Shown here: one piece after another, positions 13,444-27,771 of the stretch
Layout: every line of letters begins with the position of its first letter
How positions within the stretch are numbered: position 1 is the first letter of the stretch
Origin: the human T2T-CHM13v2.0 reference genome, Homo sapiens
Assembly: GCF_009914755.1 (NCBI RefSeq)
Contig: NC_060929.1
DNA: 64,000 bases
Direction: 5' to 3' (one strand)
Notes under the pieces: model-generated
What the model saw: only the letters and a program-made list of their open reading frames with translations
What the model was told of the DNA's origin: nothing
Databases searched by the model: none
Program-made: the position numbers and the translations under genes

Positions 13444-14253
13444 TCAAGTCCTCTCAACTCACTAGAGCAGCCATATCTACTTAACTGGAGACAGGTATTA
13501 TAAAAAGTTATTTTTCTACTTCCCTGCCTTTTAACAGACAACATTTTCTGCTTTTTGGCTGGGGAGAGGACATTTGAAGTACCATGAAGCCAAGTTTGTG
13601 ACAGTGACAAACTTAAAGAGGTTACAATTTTGAAATATGTAAGTATTTAAGTTGGAATCAACAAAATACCTATTAATGTGTGTGACATGTACAGATGTCC
13701 AAATAAATGTAATTTATTTCCTATAAAGTCAGAATAATTGTGTAGGTAGAGTTAGAAAACATCATTTTAAATTATTTTGTCATTGAAGCTGCAAATTATT
13801 ATAAAATCCCACAGAAATTGATAGTTGAAATGATTTTGAGATTCTCAAGTATTATCATAATACTTGCATAATTTGAAATTCTGATGAGTTCCTCAGAAGT
13901 TTATTTCCAAGTACCTGTAATCTTTTCATGTTGTTCAACATTAATTCATAGCCAGGACTTATCTTCAGGCAACTTTACGGCTTGTTCCTCTGTGAAATTC
14001 TGTAAGTTGGAGATTATAAACATGAAAACAATCAGTTGGGGCTCTTTTTGGCAGATTTTGAAATGTTGCCATTTGTTCAATTTCTATCCCTATAAACGTA
14101 GCAGGTACTGGATCTTATTGGTATCCAAAACATATCATCTCACCTTACATTTATTCTTCAGGAAATTAGGCTCATAGCTAGGTGGATTTTCAACAAGTTA
14201 AATATAAACTTTCTGAACCCTCATTATTTGTTGATGCTATTGAGTTCATCTTG

Positions 14254-14255
<2 letters not shown>

Positions 14256-14308
<53 letters not shown>
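14256..14308. repeat. (CA)n microsatellite
   Basis: Direct reading, about 26 units. Confidence 0.95.
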
Positions 14309-14309
<1 letters not shown>

Positions 14310-17139
14310 TCCATGTGTCTAACTCCTCCTCCATCCCTCTTCAAACAAAATGAACATTAGGACTTTAAATTGCAGGCAACAGCCATAATCAGAAAGCCAG
14401 AAGCCACTGCTCCAACCCTGAGGTCCTCTAAAGTTGATTGCAAGGCAGATACTAGGCAAAGATCTCTCTAGATCCTTAGATGTCTGCTTCTTGCTCATGG
14501 AGTTGAAAGGATGAAATGAAAGGGCGTGGGCACAATCCCTAGCTTGGTGCTGGCACAGAAGCCCAATAAGGTCCACAATTCCTCATCTACAGTCCCAAAT
14601 CCCGGAGTTCTGAACACTGAAATATTTTTTGTAAATCCTTTGGCATCAAAATCTGGCCAGAGAGAAGGCTATTTCTAGGCCTCGGTATGAGTGGAATATG
14701 TCCCTCTCTAGAAGTATAAATGTGTTTGATTATCAGATGGTCCTCCAAGTCTTATGGAGCTCTGACAGTATCTACAGTATATGCACCCCAATAAATTCCT
14801 AAAAGTCCGAACATCTGAGTCTCTAAACACCTGGCTTGAAAGGCTTCTAGCTGGGAGTCTGTGGATCTGTCCTTGGTGGCTCTCTTCTCCTTCCCTTTTT
14901 GTTGGTCATGGCCCCTCTCCTTCCTCCCTGGCCATCATTAGTCTATCTGAAATAAAAACTACACTTGGTCAGACATCCTCTTGTGTCAGCACCTGTTAGG
15001 CACCTTATCACATATTTTTTGGAAAGCCTGGGATGACCCTGGAAGGGATTGGTAATGAGCCTCATTTTAAAGATAAGGAACCTGACATGGAGAGAACTTA
15101 GTGAAGGTCAAGAACTCCCATGCACAGAACTAGGGTTGCACCCCAGTCTCTGGCTACTCAGCCTCTGCTCCTTCTACCACAGCAGGCTGGGATTTACTTG
15201 AAGAAACACTGTTTCTTAAGGAACACTTAAAATTCAACCAAGACATTCTCCCTGTGTACCTACAGGCAGTAAAGTGTAGTGCCATAATTCTCAAAGTATG
15301 ATCTCAGGATGCCTGGATGTCCCTAAGACCCTTTCAGGGGCTTTGCAAAGCCAAAGCATTTTTTGTAATAATAATTATATGTTATTTGCCTGTTTCGCCT
15401 TTGTTCTCCTATCAGAAGACTATGTAGTTTCCAGGGTTGGCATGACATGTATTATACAACAGATTGAATGCAGAAGCAGATATGAAAATCCAGTTGTTTC
15501 CTGTTAAGCTGGACATTAAAGAAATTTGCAAAAATGTAACCAAAAAAAAACCCCACTCATCTCACTATAGTTTTTTTTTTTTAAGGAAATATCGTTGTTT
15601 TTTATAAAAATATATTAAGGTTAACATGCAATGGTTTTATTACTTTTAAATGAGTTAAACATTTTTTAATTTTCTCCTTCTTAATTTCTAATACCATATA
15701 TATATATATCAATAAATGCAACCAACAAAAACGAAGCTCATCAGAGTCCTCAGTACTTTAAAGAGTGTGAAAGGGATCTGAGGCCCAAAAATTAAAGAAC
15801 TGCTAGTGCAGTGTGAAGAGTGCAGACCTAGAATCCTAACTACCTGAATTCATACCCCAATTTTGCTACTTAGTAACTATGGAAGTTTCTTTATGCCTTA
15901 GTTTCCCCACCTACAAAATGGGGATAATATATTATCTACCTCCTAGAGTTGTGAGGACTCAATGAGTTTGCACATGTAAATCGCATACAACAATATCCAT
16001 CACTGAATAAGCTCTTTGTTTTAGATTTTATGTTACCAAATTGTTACCTACTCTATATATTTGTGTTTATTTCTAGGGAAAATCCCCCAATATTCAAGAT
16101 GAATAAAAAGAATAAATTACTGAATTATCCAAATAGGTTTCATTTACTTGAATTAGAAAAAGAAAAAACGTCTTGGAACTGAAGTCATGTTTCAAGCATA
16201 AATGTTAAAATAGTTTCCATTTACTCTATTTACTGCCAATTTAATATTCTCATTCTCTGGCACTAAGCATTAGAAAAATCTTTTTAGAAAAGCTAAAATC
16301 TCTCACCTTTATAAGTCGTCTCATTTTCCACATTTGCCGATGCTGTTTAGAAAATGAGTAAACTAGGGTTGGGCAACATGTCTGAGACACGTTACCCCAA
16401 GTAAGAATGGTATATGAGATTGGAATACCAAAAGTGGTGATTAATAATAAAACCGAATGCTTTCAATTCACAACTTAGAAGTCTTATTCAATGAAATCAA
16501 AAATGTAGGTTTTTTTAAAGCACAGATTCTTAAATAAATGTATTCTTGAATATAGTTTTAATGCTTTTAATATAGGTTTAGGTATATGCTAAATATAGAT
16601 TCATTCTTTTCCTCTAAAGAAATGCATCGTGCTTACTCAGTAAGTAACAGTTTATACCAAAGAATTTTTTAAGGAGTTGAAAACGGTTTGACTTTGCAGA
16701 GCAGCACAGTGGCTAGCACACACACTTAGAGAAATACGTTTCTACCTTACTCTGTCAATTACTAATGCATACCATGGCTGAATTTCCTTATGCCCAGATT
16801 CTGCTGTGTAACCACAATAGGAGGGAATTGACTGAGGTCAGTTCAAGTATGTCATGAAAGTCTAAAATTCTGACTCCTGGAGCCTCTCATTTTCCAGCAC
16901 TGACAATAGAAAGCACAGTAATTAAGAGCAGTGTGACCTTGGGCTGTTACACCCAATATTCCTGAGCTGTAAAGCGGGAATAATAATTGTATCTACTTCT
17001 TAGGTGTGCTGTGATGATTAAATAAGGTATTATAATGTATGTAAAGTCCTTGCGCTTAAAACAACATTGACGGGAAAGCTCCACCACAAGGTGTTTAAGT
17101 GGAATCCAAGATTCAACCATGTAACATATGTGATGGTGT

Positions 17140-18162
<1,023 letters not shown>

Positions 18163-19211
18163 CTACATTTGAATTATGCCAGGTCATATTAGCATTATCA
18201 TGGATTTTTACTCTATCAGATTATAAGCTAGGTTACTGTAACTAAAACATCACAACACAATGGCTTCAATTTATTTCACTAACAGTCCAGTCAGCTCCAG
18301 TTGGCAGAGCACCTCTCCTCCCTAATGTCCTTCCATACTATTGCTCTGCCATTCCCTGAGGTATAGTCCTTATCTGCATGGGTAACACTGGTGCACCTTA
18401 CTTCCAGCTCGGGAGAGGAAAAACAGGCAGCGAGTAGAAAAGCAGCTTATCTCAGAGTTGTGAGGATCTGTAGTCAAGTTGCATCCATTGCCTCTGTGCA
18501 CAACCACTGGTCCAAACTTAGTCACATGACCACGCCTTGCTGGAGGCGGGGCTGGGAAACAGTTGCTGCCTGGTAAGCCACATGCACGAGGAGAGAACAG
18601 ATTAGGGGAACAAGTGTGCCTCACAAACAATAAATAAATAATTATTCTAAAATTTTAACTGTTTGCAGCATTAACAAGCTAATCAAATCTTAATCTCCAT
18701 GAATTTCTGTGTCATAAATAACTAATGTGCCAATTGCAAATTAGTCTGAATTAAATGACATGTATTCTTCTAAGCACTTACAAATTTCTCTAGGACTGCC
18801 AGCAATTCTCTTGCAAAAATGACTGCACATTGAAAGTTGGCAACACAGCTCTTACCTGGACTCCCACATATGAATTATTGTGAATTCCAAATTAATAATG
18901 TTCAATGAGATCTTAACAGAGTTTAGAAATGATAATCAAGGTGGAGGAAAACAGCTTAACAATGAAGACTCCACAAATAACCAAAATTGGGGCAAATTTT
19001 GATCACCTTCTAGGGAAGAAAAGGTGATATTTTTTCATGTATTAATGTAAATGTAAGATTGTATGTATTTTCGGATTTAAAATGAGATTTTTGCACAGCT
19101 GCTGCAAATCTAGTGGACTTGAGTACATTTTTATAGCCCCACCTTCTCCCCAAGTGTGCTCCTTAGGCTGGGATGACGCTGAAGACACTGCACAGGTGTG
19201 CTGCAATATTA

Positions 19212-19584
<373 letters not shown>

Positions 19585-19765
19585 CTACATATACCCCACA
19601 GTGGAGAATCATAAAACGGCACTTTATACTCAGTAAAACACAAAGCAGAAAGATTAAATCAACACTGTCCAGTCTGTAGACAGGCAGCAAAGGCAGCTAG
19701 GGGTTTCTGTAACATGCATGGAAAGGGACAAGATTATGTTCTCTCACTTTTGATCCCAGTCTTGA

Positions 19766-20205
<440 letters not shown>

Positions 20206-21083
20206 GAAGAAGAACCTTTAACATGACGACTCTGGCATCCACTGTAAGTTTAGATAACTGTTTTAAGGACAATAGGTACTGTGGCAGGACGGGGGGTGTA
20301 GGTCAATACAGATTAGCTCTTTTCATCAAAAAGAAATGTGGAGGATAAAAATTTGAAGAAATAATGATGTCACGCCTGTATCAAAACATCTCAAGTACCC
20401 CATAAACATATACACCTGCTGTGCACCCACAAAAATTTTTTAAAAATTGGAGGAACAAAAGCGCTATGTCAATACCACAGTGAGGGTAGAGAAATGTAAG
20501 AACAGAAGCATTCCCTAGGCTTTACACTTGGATCTTTGTTTGGCAGGTTCAGCCCACATGCATGTGTTCACTTCTCCAGTGTGATAGGCATAAGATACCA
20601 GAAAAGGATCATGTAGCTGTGAAAACACCAAAACAGGGAGAACTGATGGTAAATGACTATGTGTGAATGGACCAGGAAGCCCAAAAAATCCTAATACAGA
20701 AAACAGAGTGGGGAACAGAGTGCACCTAGAGAAAGAAAGATAAACACACCCCAAAGGAACAACAAGCAAATAAAATATCAAAGACATCTCCACATTTTCT
20801 TGTACCACCAAGAGGCTCCCCCAAAATAACAAGTCCATTTGTCATGTTTCCTGTCTCGTTCACTTAACTATCAGGAGATAAGGTTTAAATCTCTTTTTGT
20901 TTGCTGGGCCCCCCTCCATCCTCCATCCTGCAAATAGAATTCTACTCCAGAAAAGCAAATAAATTGAATTTTATAAAATTACAGTGTGGATAGAAGTGAG
21001 ACAATGGATTGTTCCACAAACCCAAAATCAGAACTAAGGTGTCTCCTGAAGCCTGGAAGAAGTAGCTAATTAAATAAATGAAG

Positions 21084-21375
21084 AGGCTGGGCGTGGTGGT
21101 TCACGCCTATAATCCCAGCACTTTGGGAGGCTGAGGCATGAGGATTGCTTCAGCCCAGGAATTCAAAACCAGCCTGGGCAACATAGTGAGACTCTCTCTC
21201 TGCAAAAAAAAAAAAAAAAATTAGTCAGGCATGGTGGTACAGACCTGTAGTCCCAGCTACCAGGGAGGCTGAGGTGGAAAGATCACTTTAGCCCATGGGG
21301 TCGAGGCTGCAGTAAGCAGTGATCACTCCACTGCACCCAGCCTGGGAGACACAGCAAGACCCTGTCTCAAAAATG
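21084..21375 (+). mobile_element. Alu SINE (AluJ-like)
   Basis: GGCTGGGCGTGGTGGTTCACGCC...CCTGTCTCAAAAA. Confidence 0.9.
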
Positions 21376-22878
21376 AAATAAACAGAGATAGTATTAGTAT
21401 TTTACAGGTCAGTAAACATGCTGTTCTCATTGCCTCCCATGCCCCTCACCGGATAAAAGAGATGACAAAAGACGACATAAATGTATATTTATATATATTC
21501 ATGTATATAAGTGAGGTATGCATTAACAGTGCTAGCTGGTATGGTGATGTGGAGTTGAAGGCAATCAAGGTGTCAGCTCTAGAGAAAGCAGTAAGGAAGG
21601 TGTGGTAGACGCACACTATAGAATACCAGGCAGCAGTCAGAAGTAATGAACTAGACACTGCTAGATGTGGAGTGAAAAAATGTTGAATGAAAAACGAAAC
21701 TGAGAAGAACTATAACACAGTATCATGTACATTTGGTTAAGCATAAATTAAAAACATACCACATGCAAAGCACTACACCATTTTCTCAGGCTATAGATTT
21801 AAAGGTGTGTCAAACACAACAGATTGGGTCCTTCTGTGGGGAGAATGGTAGAAAACAGGATTGAAGGAGCAAAATTAAAACCAAGGAGTCCTCATTGTTG
21901 GATAATAGGGAACCTGGGCACCAATGGGATGTAATTAATTCAACTCTGCATCCAAAGTTTAAAGAAAAAGACCTATGTCTAGCAAATGAGGTCTGGTTAA
22001 TACACCGTGAGGGCAACCACATTCTCCTGGCATGCTTGAACCCACCACTCAGTATACTGCACTGACTAAAACTCACCATGCCTTACTCAGTGTGGTATAT
22101 TTGCTCTGTAAAAGAGAACTTTAAGCACTAACTCTGCCAGGGACTCAATGAGTGTTGGGTCCTTTAGCAGATTTATTTAACCCCAACAGCCTGTGAGATA
22201 ATAAACACCTCCATTTTACAGATTTAAAAAGCCAAGTCACTTTTCCAAGGTCACAAAGATAACTCAATGGATTTGAACTTCATGTTTAGCTTCATTTTCA
22301 CTATATCAGTGCCTTCCTCTAAGCCACCTAACCTGAGAATTTCTCCCAAGATTTGACCCTGAGGTAGTCTTTCTAAAATGATACCTAAGCATTTTACCTT
22401 TACTTTCCTCCTAGACTAACTGCACCACTGGAAACTGCATCAGACTACACAGTAGTCACTCTGTGCAGTCATGTTTAGAAATATAAAACCTTTACAGCAA
22501 GCTATTGATGTGCTTTTTAACTTAGCCTGGATTTAATGCAAGCGCCCAGAGATATTCAGTACCTCCTGTACCATGATACATTCCATGAGTGACATTCAAC
22601 TTTGCCCCTACATAAGCCTTCAAGCCCCCTTACATAGGTCCCAGTGCCATGACATGGTGAGTTACTCTCAAAGTTAAACTAAGTTTGGGGCACACAAGTC
22701 ATTCCTGATTCCTCACATTACTCTGACAATCATAAATCATTTAAAGCTGAGGCGATGAAGCAACTGTCAGGCAGCAGTGCAAGTCCCAGGGTCCAGTAGA
22801 CACAGGACTTACCTTGTGAAAACATAACCTTTCAACACTATTCAAAAACGACATCTGAAAACTCATATGGTTCTAACT

Positions 22879-22884
22879 TTTATT
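22879..22884 (-). terminator. ZNF622: ZNF622 polyadenylation signal AATAAA
   Basis: TTTATT on + strand about 120 nt past the stop codon; GU/U-rich sequence downstream on minus strand. Confidence 0.8.
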
Positions 22885-23003
22885 ATTAGGTCAGAACGAA
22901 TGAAGTAGCAGCAAAAGGGTCTCTCCTATGATCTGTCTTTCACTGGTCCTCAGGGCAAGGAGGAAACTTGGGCAGGAGATGATTGCTCAATCCCAGCAGA
23001 CTC

Positions 23004-23131
23004 TCAGAATCTCACTTGGACCCGAAAGTGCATCTGCTTGGTGGCATTGTTCTTCATTCCTGTCTTCAGCATCCATTTTGATTTCATCCTTTGGACATAC
23101 TGCATGTCTCGCTCTCGCATAAGAGCCGCTC
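23004..23131 (-). CDS. ZNF622: ZNF622 exon 6 (terminal coding part, 128 nt): AALMRERDMQYVQRMKSKWMLKTGMKNNATKQMHFRVQVRF*
   Basis: CATAG|GA acceptor, phase 1 matches exon 5, TGA at 23004-23006; six exons sum to 1434 nt = 477 aa plus stop. Confidence 0.96.
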
Positions 23132-24359
23132 CTATGATTGGAAGGCAGTTAAGAAATTAGGCAAAGTTCTGTTATTTGTGATCAGAGAAAATCCAACCTT
23201 GGCAGAGAATTCAAAAGGTTAGTTTGGGGTAACTAGGTTCTTGTATTTAAAACAGAGTTGCTAACTTGGGGTCTCTAAGCCATGCGCCTCAGGGGTCTCT
23301 GTGGACTCCAGAATTGCATACCAGAACTTTTGTATATATACACTTATCTGGGATTAGTAGCTTTAGTTTTCATCATCTGGAAGAGTTTATAAGCCCAAAA
23401 GGTAAAGCCCCATTAATCAGAAAGGCAGAAGCTATATATCGAGTCAGACAATACTTCCTGATAAGAGTAAGATGAAGTCAAGTCTCTGCCAGATTCAAGT
23501 GGCCACACAGCTCACAAGCAGCCACAGTGAAGGAAACCACATATAAACACAGTGCCTTTTCAAATGGATTTTAGTTGCCTAGAGCTTCCCAGGCCATCAG
23601 AAGGCAGCCCGCCTCTTATTTTCTCCACAGTCCTCAGTTGGATAGATGCTTTCCCTGAAGATCTAAGGATATAACCAGCTTCATCCAGCAGACACATCAG
23701 AATAGATGTAAAGAGTACCATACTGATGAGGTTTCAAAACTCAACAATTGCAGTGGCATGCTTTACTCTTCTAACTTTTGCTAAATTTTCTATGGGAAAA
23801 TTACAAAAAAGGGGACTGATAGCTAACCTCGACTATGGGCATGCACTATATCACACATGCATGACATTCAACCCACTCAACTCTAAGAGGTAGGTCTTAT
23901 TACTATCATCTCTGTTTTATAAATGAGGAAACAGAAGCTTATATTAATTAAATTACTCATGTTCATCATATAAGAACCTCTAAGTACATCACATAAGTCA
24001 CGTCTGACTCCACAGCTCAAGCTATTAACCACTAGGATACTATCTAATTCCTCTGCATAACCTCCAGGATAATTTCAACCTTTGGTGATTACTAAATAAT
24101 TCTTTTTGTAACTATTATCTTCTGAAAAAGTTAATGGTATATAAAATCACTGTGCCAGGAATATGAAATTTCTAAGTCATAGCACTTTGGGCTTATTGCC
24201 TTAAACATATCAAGTGGTAATGGAAGTCCCTGGAGCCAAGACGTTACGTTTCCCCTAGAGAGAATCCACATGGACAACATAAATGGAAACAACTTTCCCC
24301 AGACCCCTTCTAGAAATACAAGTTCTCAGACTGGTCTGTAGTTGTAAAGATCAATGTAC

Positions 24360-24503
24360 CTGTGCTGCCAGTCCATCCCAGGGCTCTGTACTGCTGAAGT
24401 ACTCGGCCCACGGCCTTCCGATTTTTGGCAACTGCCACAGCTCTTGACAAGCCAAATCGCTGTTTGTAGTATCTCATCAAGGAGCGATGACCCACTCTGG
24501 CAC
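24360..24503 (-). CDS. ZNF622: ZNF622 exon 5 (144 nt): ARVGHRSLMRYYKQRFG...GWTGST
   Basis: ACAG|GT acceptor, CAG|GTACAT donor; GHRSLMRYYKQ is a Rei1-family motif. Confidence 0.96.
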
Positions 24504-24901
24504 CTGTTTTTCAAAAGAGCAATACTGAAACACTGAGTTGGATAGTTTTTTCAAGGCAGAGCTATAAAGCAAGGGCTTTCCAAATCAGATCTTTTAGTAT
24601 ATCTAGATGGAAAATCGATGTACCAGAAGAAACAGTTGTTCTATCTACTAAAGACAGATGAAGCAGCATGTAAAATAAAAATAAAAAGTGAAAGAAAGCA
24701 AGCATGCAACAAAAAGAAAACCAAACAATAGATTTTTTAAAAAGAAAATGACAAGTCACTGTTAAGTGAAAAACTTAGCATTGTGTACTTACTTGCATAC
24801 AATATGCCTCCCCAAAAATTCACATAGAAACCCCTACTAATACAGATAATAGGGGCCTAGGAGATAAGAGATTTTTAGCGTTTTATATATATAAATAAAT
24901 A

Positions 24902-24906
<5 letters not shown>

Positions 24907-24947
<41 letters not shown>
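24907..24947. repeat. (TA)20 microsatellite in ZNF622 intron 4
   Basis: Direct reading. Confidence 0.95.
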
Positions 24948-24950
<3 letters not shown>

Positions 24951-25054
24951 GAAGATTAAGCACAGAGAGCAGTTCTGATGTTTGGGACTACAAGCCACAG
25001 TCAGGATCTAAAATAGAAATCAATCCACCTTTCCTTTGCTTAAACTCTCTATTG

Positions 25055-25268
25055 CAGTGATTCTCCAATGGGGATTTTATCCAGCAAGGGACATTGGGCA
25101 CTGACTGAACACATTTTTGGTTGTTACAGCTAGAGGGGTACTACTGGCACCTAGTGGGTAGAGGCCAGAGATGCTATTAAACATCTTTACATGCACAGGA
25201 CAGCCCCCCATAACAAAGAATTATTCAGTCCAAAATGTCAATAGTGCCAAGGCTGAGTAACCCTGACC
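25055..25268 (+). mobile_element. hAT-Charlie MITE (MER20-like)
   Basis: CAGTGATTCTC...CTACTGGCACCTAGTGGGTAGAGGCCAGAGATGCT...GCCAAGGCTGAGTAACCCTG. Confidence 0.8.
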
Positions 25269-25550
25269 TATTGCTTCCTAAATGATGGAAATCACCTGGT
25301 GAATATGAATTTTAAAAGGTGATTAAGTTGAATTCTGTCTATAGCTTTTGCTTATTTAGTAGGATCTGGTAAAACTATGTGAGTCAATCATGCTTTCAGA
25401 AATGAATTTCTAAATTTAATTTTCAAAGTATGCTGATGTTATTACAACACGATTGTATATCTCATTATCTCATAGGCCCACTAACTTGTAACAGAGTGAG
25501 AAAAAAGAAAATAGACTCTGAATATTTCAAATAAAAAAACTATGGGACAG

Positions 25551-25855
<305 letters not shown>

Positions 25856-27437
25856 CTATGGGACAAAGGTATTGGCCACCAATTGGAAATTCTGTAGCTG
25901 GAATAATAAAAACCTGAGGTAAGTAAAGATATCTACTGGAGGAACAATTCAAGGTTCTTATTTAAGGGTGAGGCACATCTGATATATTAATCTAGGGGTG
26001 GCAAACTACAGCCAGAGAACCAAATCTGGCCAACCGCCTGTTTTGGTTTGTTTTACTGCCACACAGCCACGCTCAACTGTGTAGGTATTATCTCTCGATG
26101 CTTTGGTGCTTGCTACAACAGCAGAGGTGGGAAGCTGCTGCAGAGACAGAATTGCACACAAAGCCTAAACGATCACCTCTGGCCCTTTCTAGGGAAAATG
26201 TCCCAACCCATGTGTCATAAGTTCAAGGGAGATGACCTGAAGGGGGCTGGGTTTAGAGATGACTAATTCCAGGCTCCCTCAGAGCAGTGGCTCTCCAAAG
26301 GTGGTCATCAGCATTGCAAAGCCAGTGTCATCAGCATTACCTAAAAGCTTACTAAATACACACTATCCTTTCACAAGAATATTAATTAGGACAAAAGTAA
26401 TCAAATATCTTCCCAGACAGACATAACCATGCAGATATTTAACAACAGCATATACATAAGGCACGAAAAAGCCATTTCCACTGAAAATGAATAAAGGATA
26501 GTTGGCTAGGTAGAACCCTGTGTACGGTTTCCAGGAAAGATTTATATTTACCTAGGTAAAGCCATTTCTTTCAGAATCTTTTGTGTAAAAAGACCATGAA
26601 CCAGATACTATAAATATTGTGGAAGTCTGTATTTGCTTTTAGGATCCAGACTTTCAATTTGCATAAGAAAATTATTTTGGTTATTTTAAGTCCCTATACC
26701 TGCCAAAATAACTGGAAAATAATTTGCTTGATACACAGATATGGAAAAGTAGTTACTTTCAGTTGCTTGTTTTATCATCATACTCAAGAGATGACAAAAA
26801 GAAGCTTTCGATTCAAAGACATGGTCTTTGGATACTAGTGTGGATAAAAACATTTTCCCTAAACCTGACTGTTTTGACAGCATAAGAGTTAACAAAGCTC
26901 TTAGACCACAGGAAATAGGTGAGATGTAGTTGATGGATAAAACACAAGCTTAAATGGAGGGTCTACAGGAAATTCCAGCATTGTTCACTGTGATGTTCTA
27001 TTTGTAACGTTAGGTCTGGACGCTCCAGGTTTGCAAGGTGATAATGTTGGTCATTAGTACATAAGAATTCAATATACTTATATTCTTAAGCAACATGTGG
27101 AAACACATCCTACAGCACGTTGGCCTTTTAAAGCGTCTTTGAAATGGCTTCATTACTCAATGCCAAGGTTTCCAACAGCTGGTAAGAAGGAACTGAAAAT
27201 AGCATTCAGAGCTCCCCCTACCCTGTGCCAATGACAGTGACCACCTGATATTAGCACCACGTATGATGGGCTAAGGACAGCTACACTTGAAGGCCCTCAT
27301 CAAGGAAAAGTATTTTCTAGAACACAGGGTGACTGCCCAATAAATAAGGGATTGGTTATGTCTAAGTCATGGTGAAGCATGCGACCTGTCCATCTAGCTT
27401 TTGACACAGCAGTAGCCACTTATAGACCATCCACTCC

Positions 27438-27606
27438 TTTTTTTCTTTTTTTGTTTTTAGGAGACAGCATATTGTTCTATCACCCAGGCTGGAGTGCAGT
27501 GGCGTGATCATGACTCACTGCAGCCTTGTGACTCTTGACTTCCTGGGCTCAAGTGATCCTCCTGCCTTAGCTGAGACTATAGGCACACACCATCACACCA
27601 GGCTAA
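27438..27606 (-). mobile_element. Alu monomer/fragment
   Basis: T-tract followed by CACCCAGGCTGGAGTGCAGTGGCGTGATC...TCAAGTGATCCTCCTGCC. Confidence 0.8.
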
Positions 27607-27754
27607 TGTCCACTCCTTCTTAACAAACGGCCTTACAATTTCTGACATCCAATTGAATGGGCCTTTCATACCAACTTACTCCAAAAGAGCTGAAGAGCAA
27701 CGAAGGAAACCCAAAAAAACCTTGCCAGACCACAATCTTCAAAATAAATGCTCA

Positions 27755-27771
27755 CAGTGCCCTCTAGTGGA
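27755..27771 (-). promoter_or_regulatory. CTCF core motif match
   Basis: Minus strand TCCACTAGAGGGCACTG fits the CCASYAGRKGGCRS consensus; motif only, occupancy unknown. Confidence 0.6.

Noticed and set aside
13175-13610. Low-complexity ORFs on both strands
   Set aside because: Translations of the GGAA/GGAG purine tract
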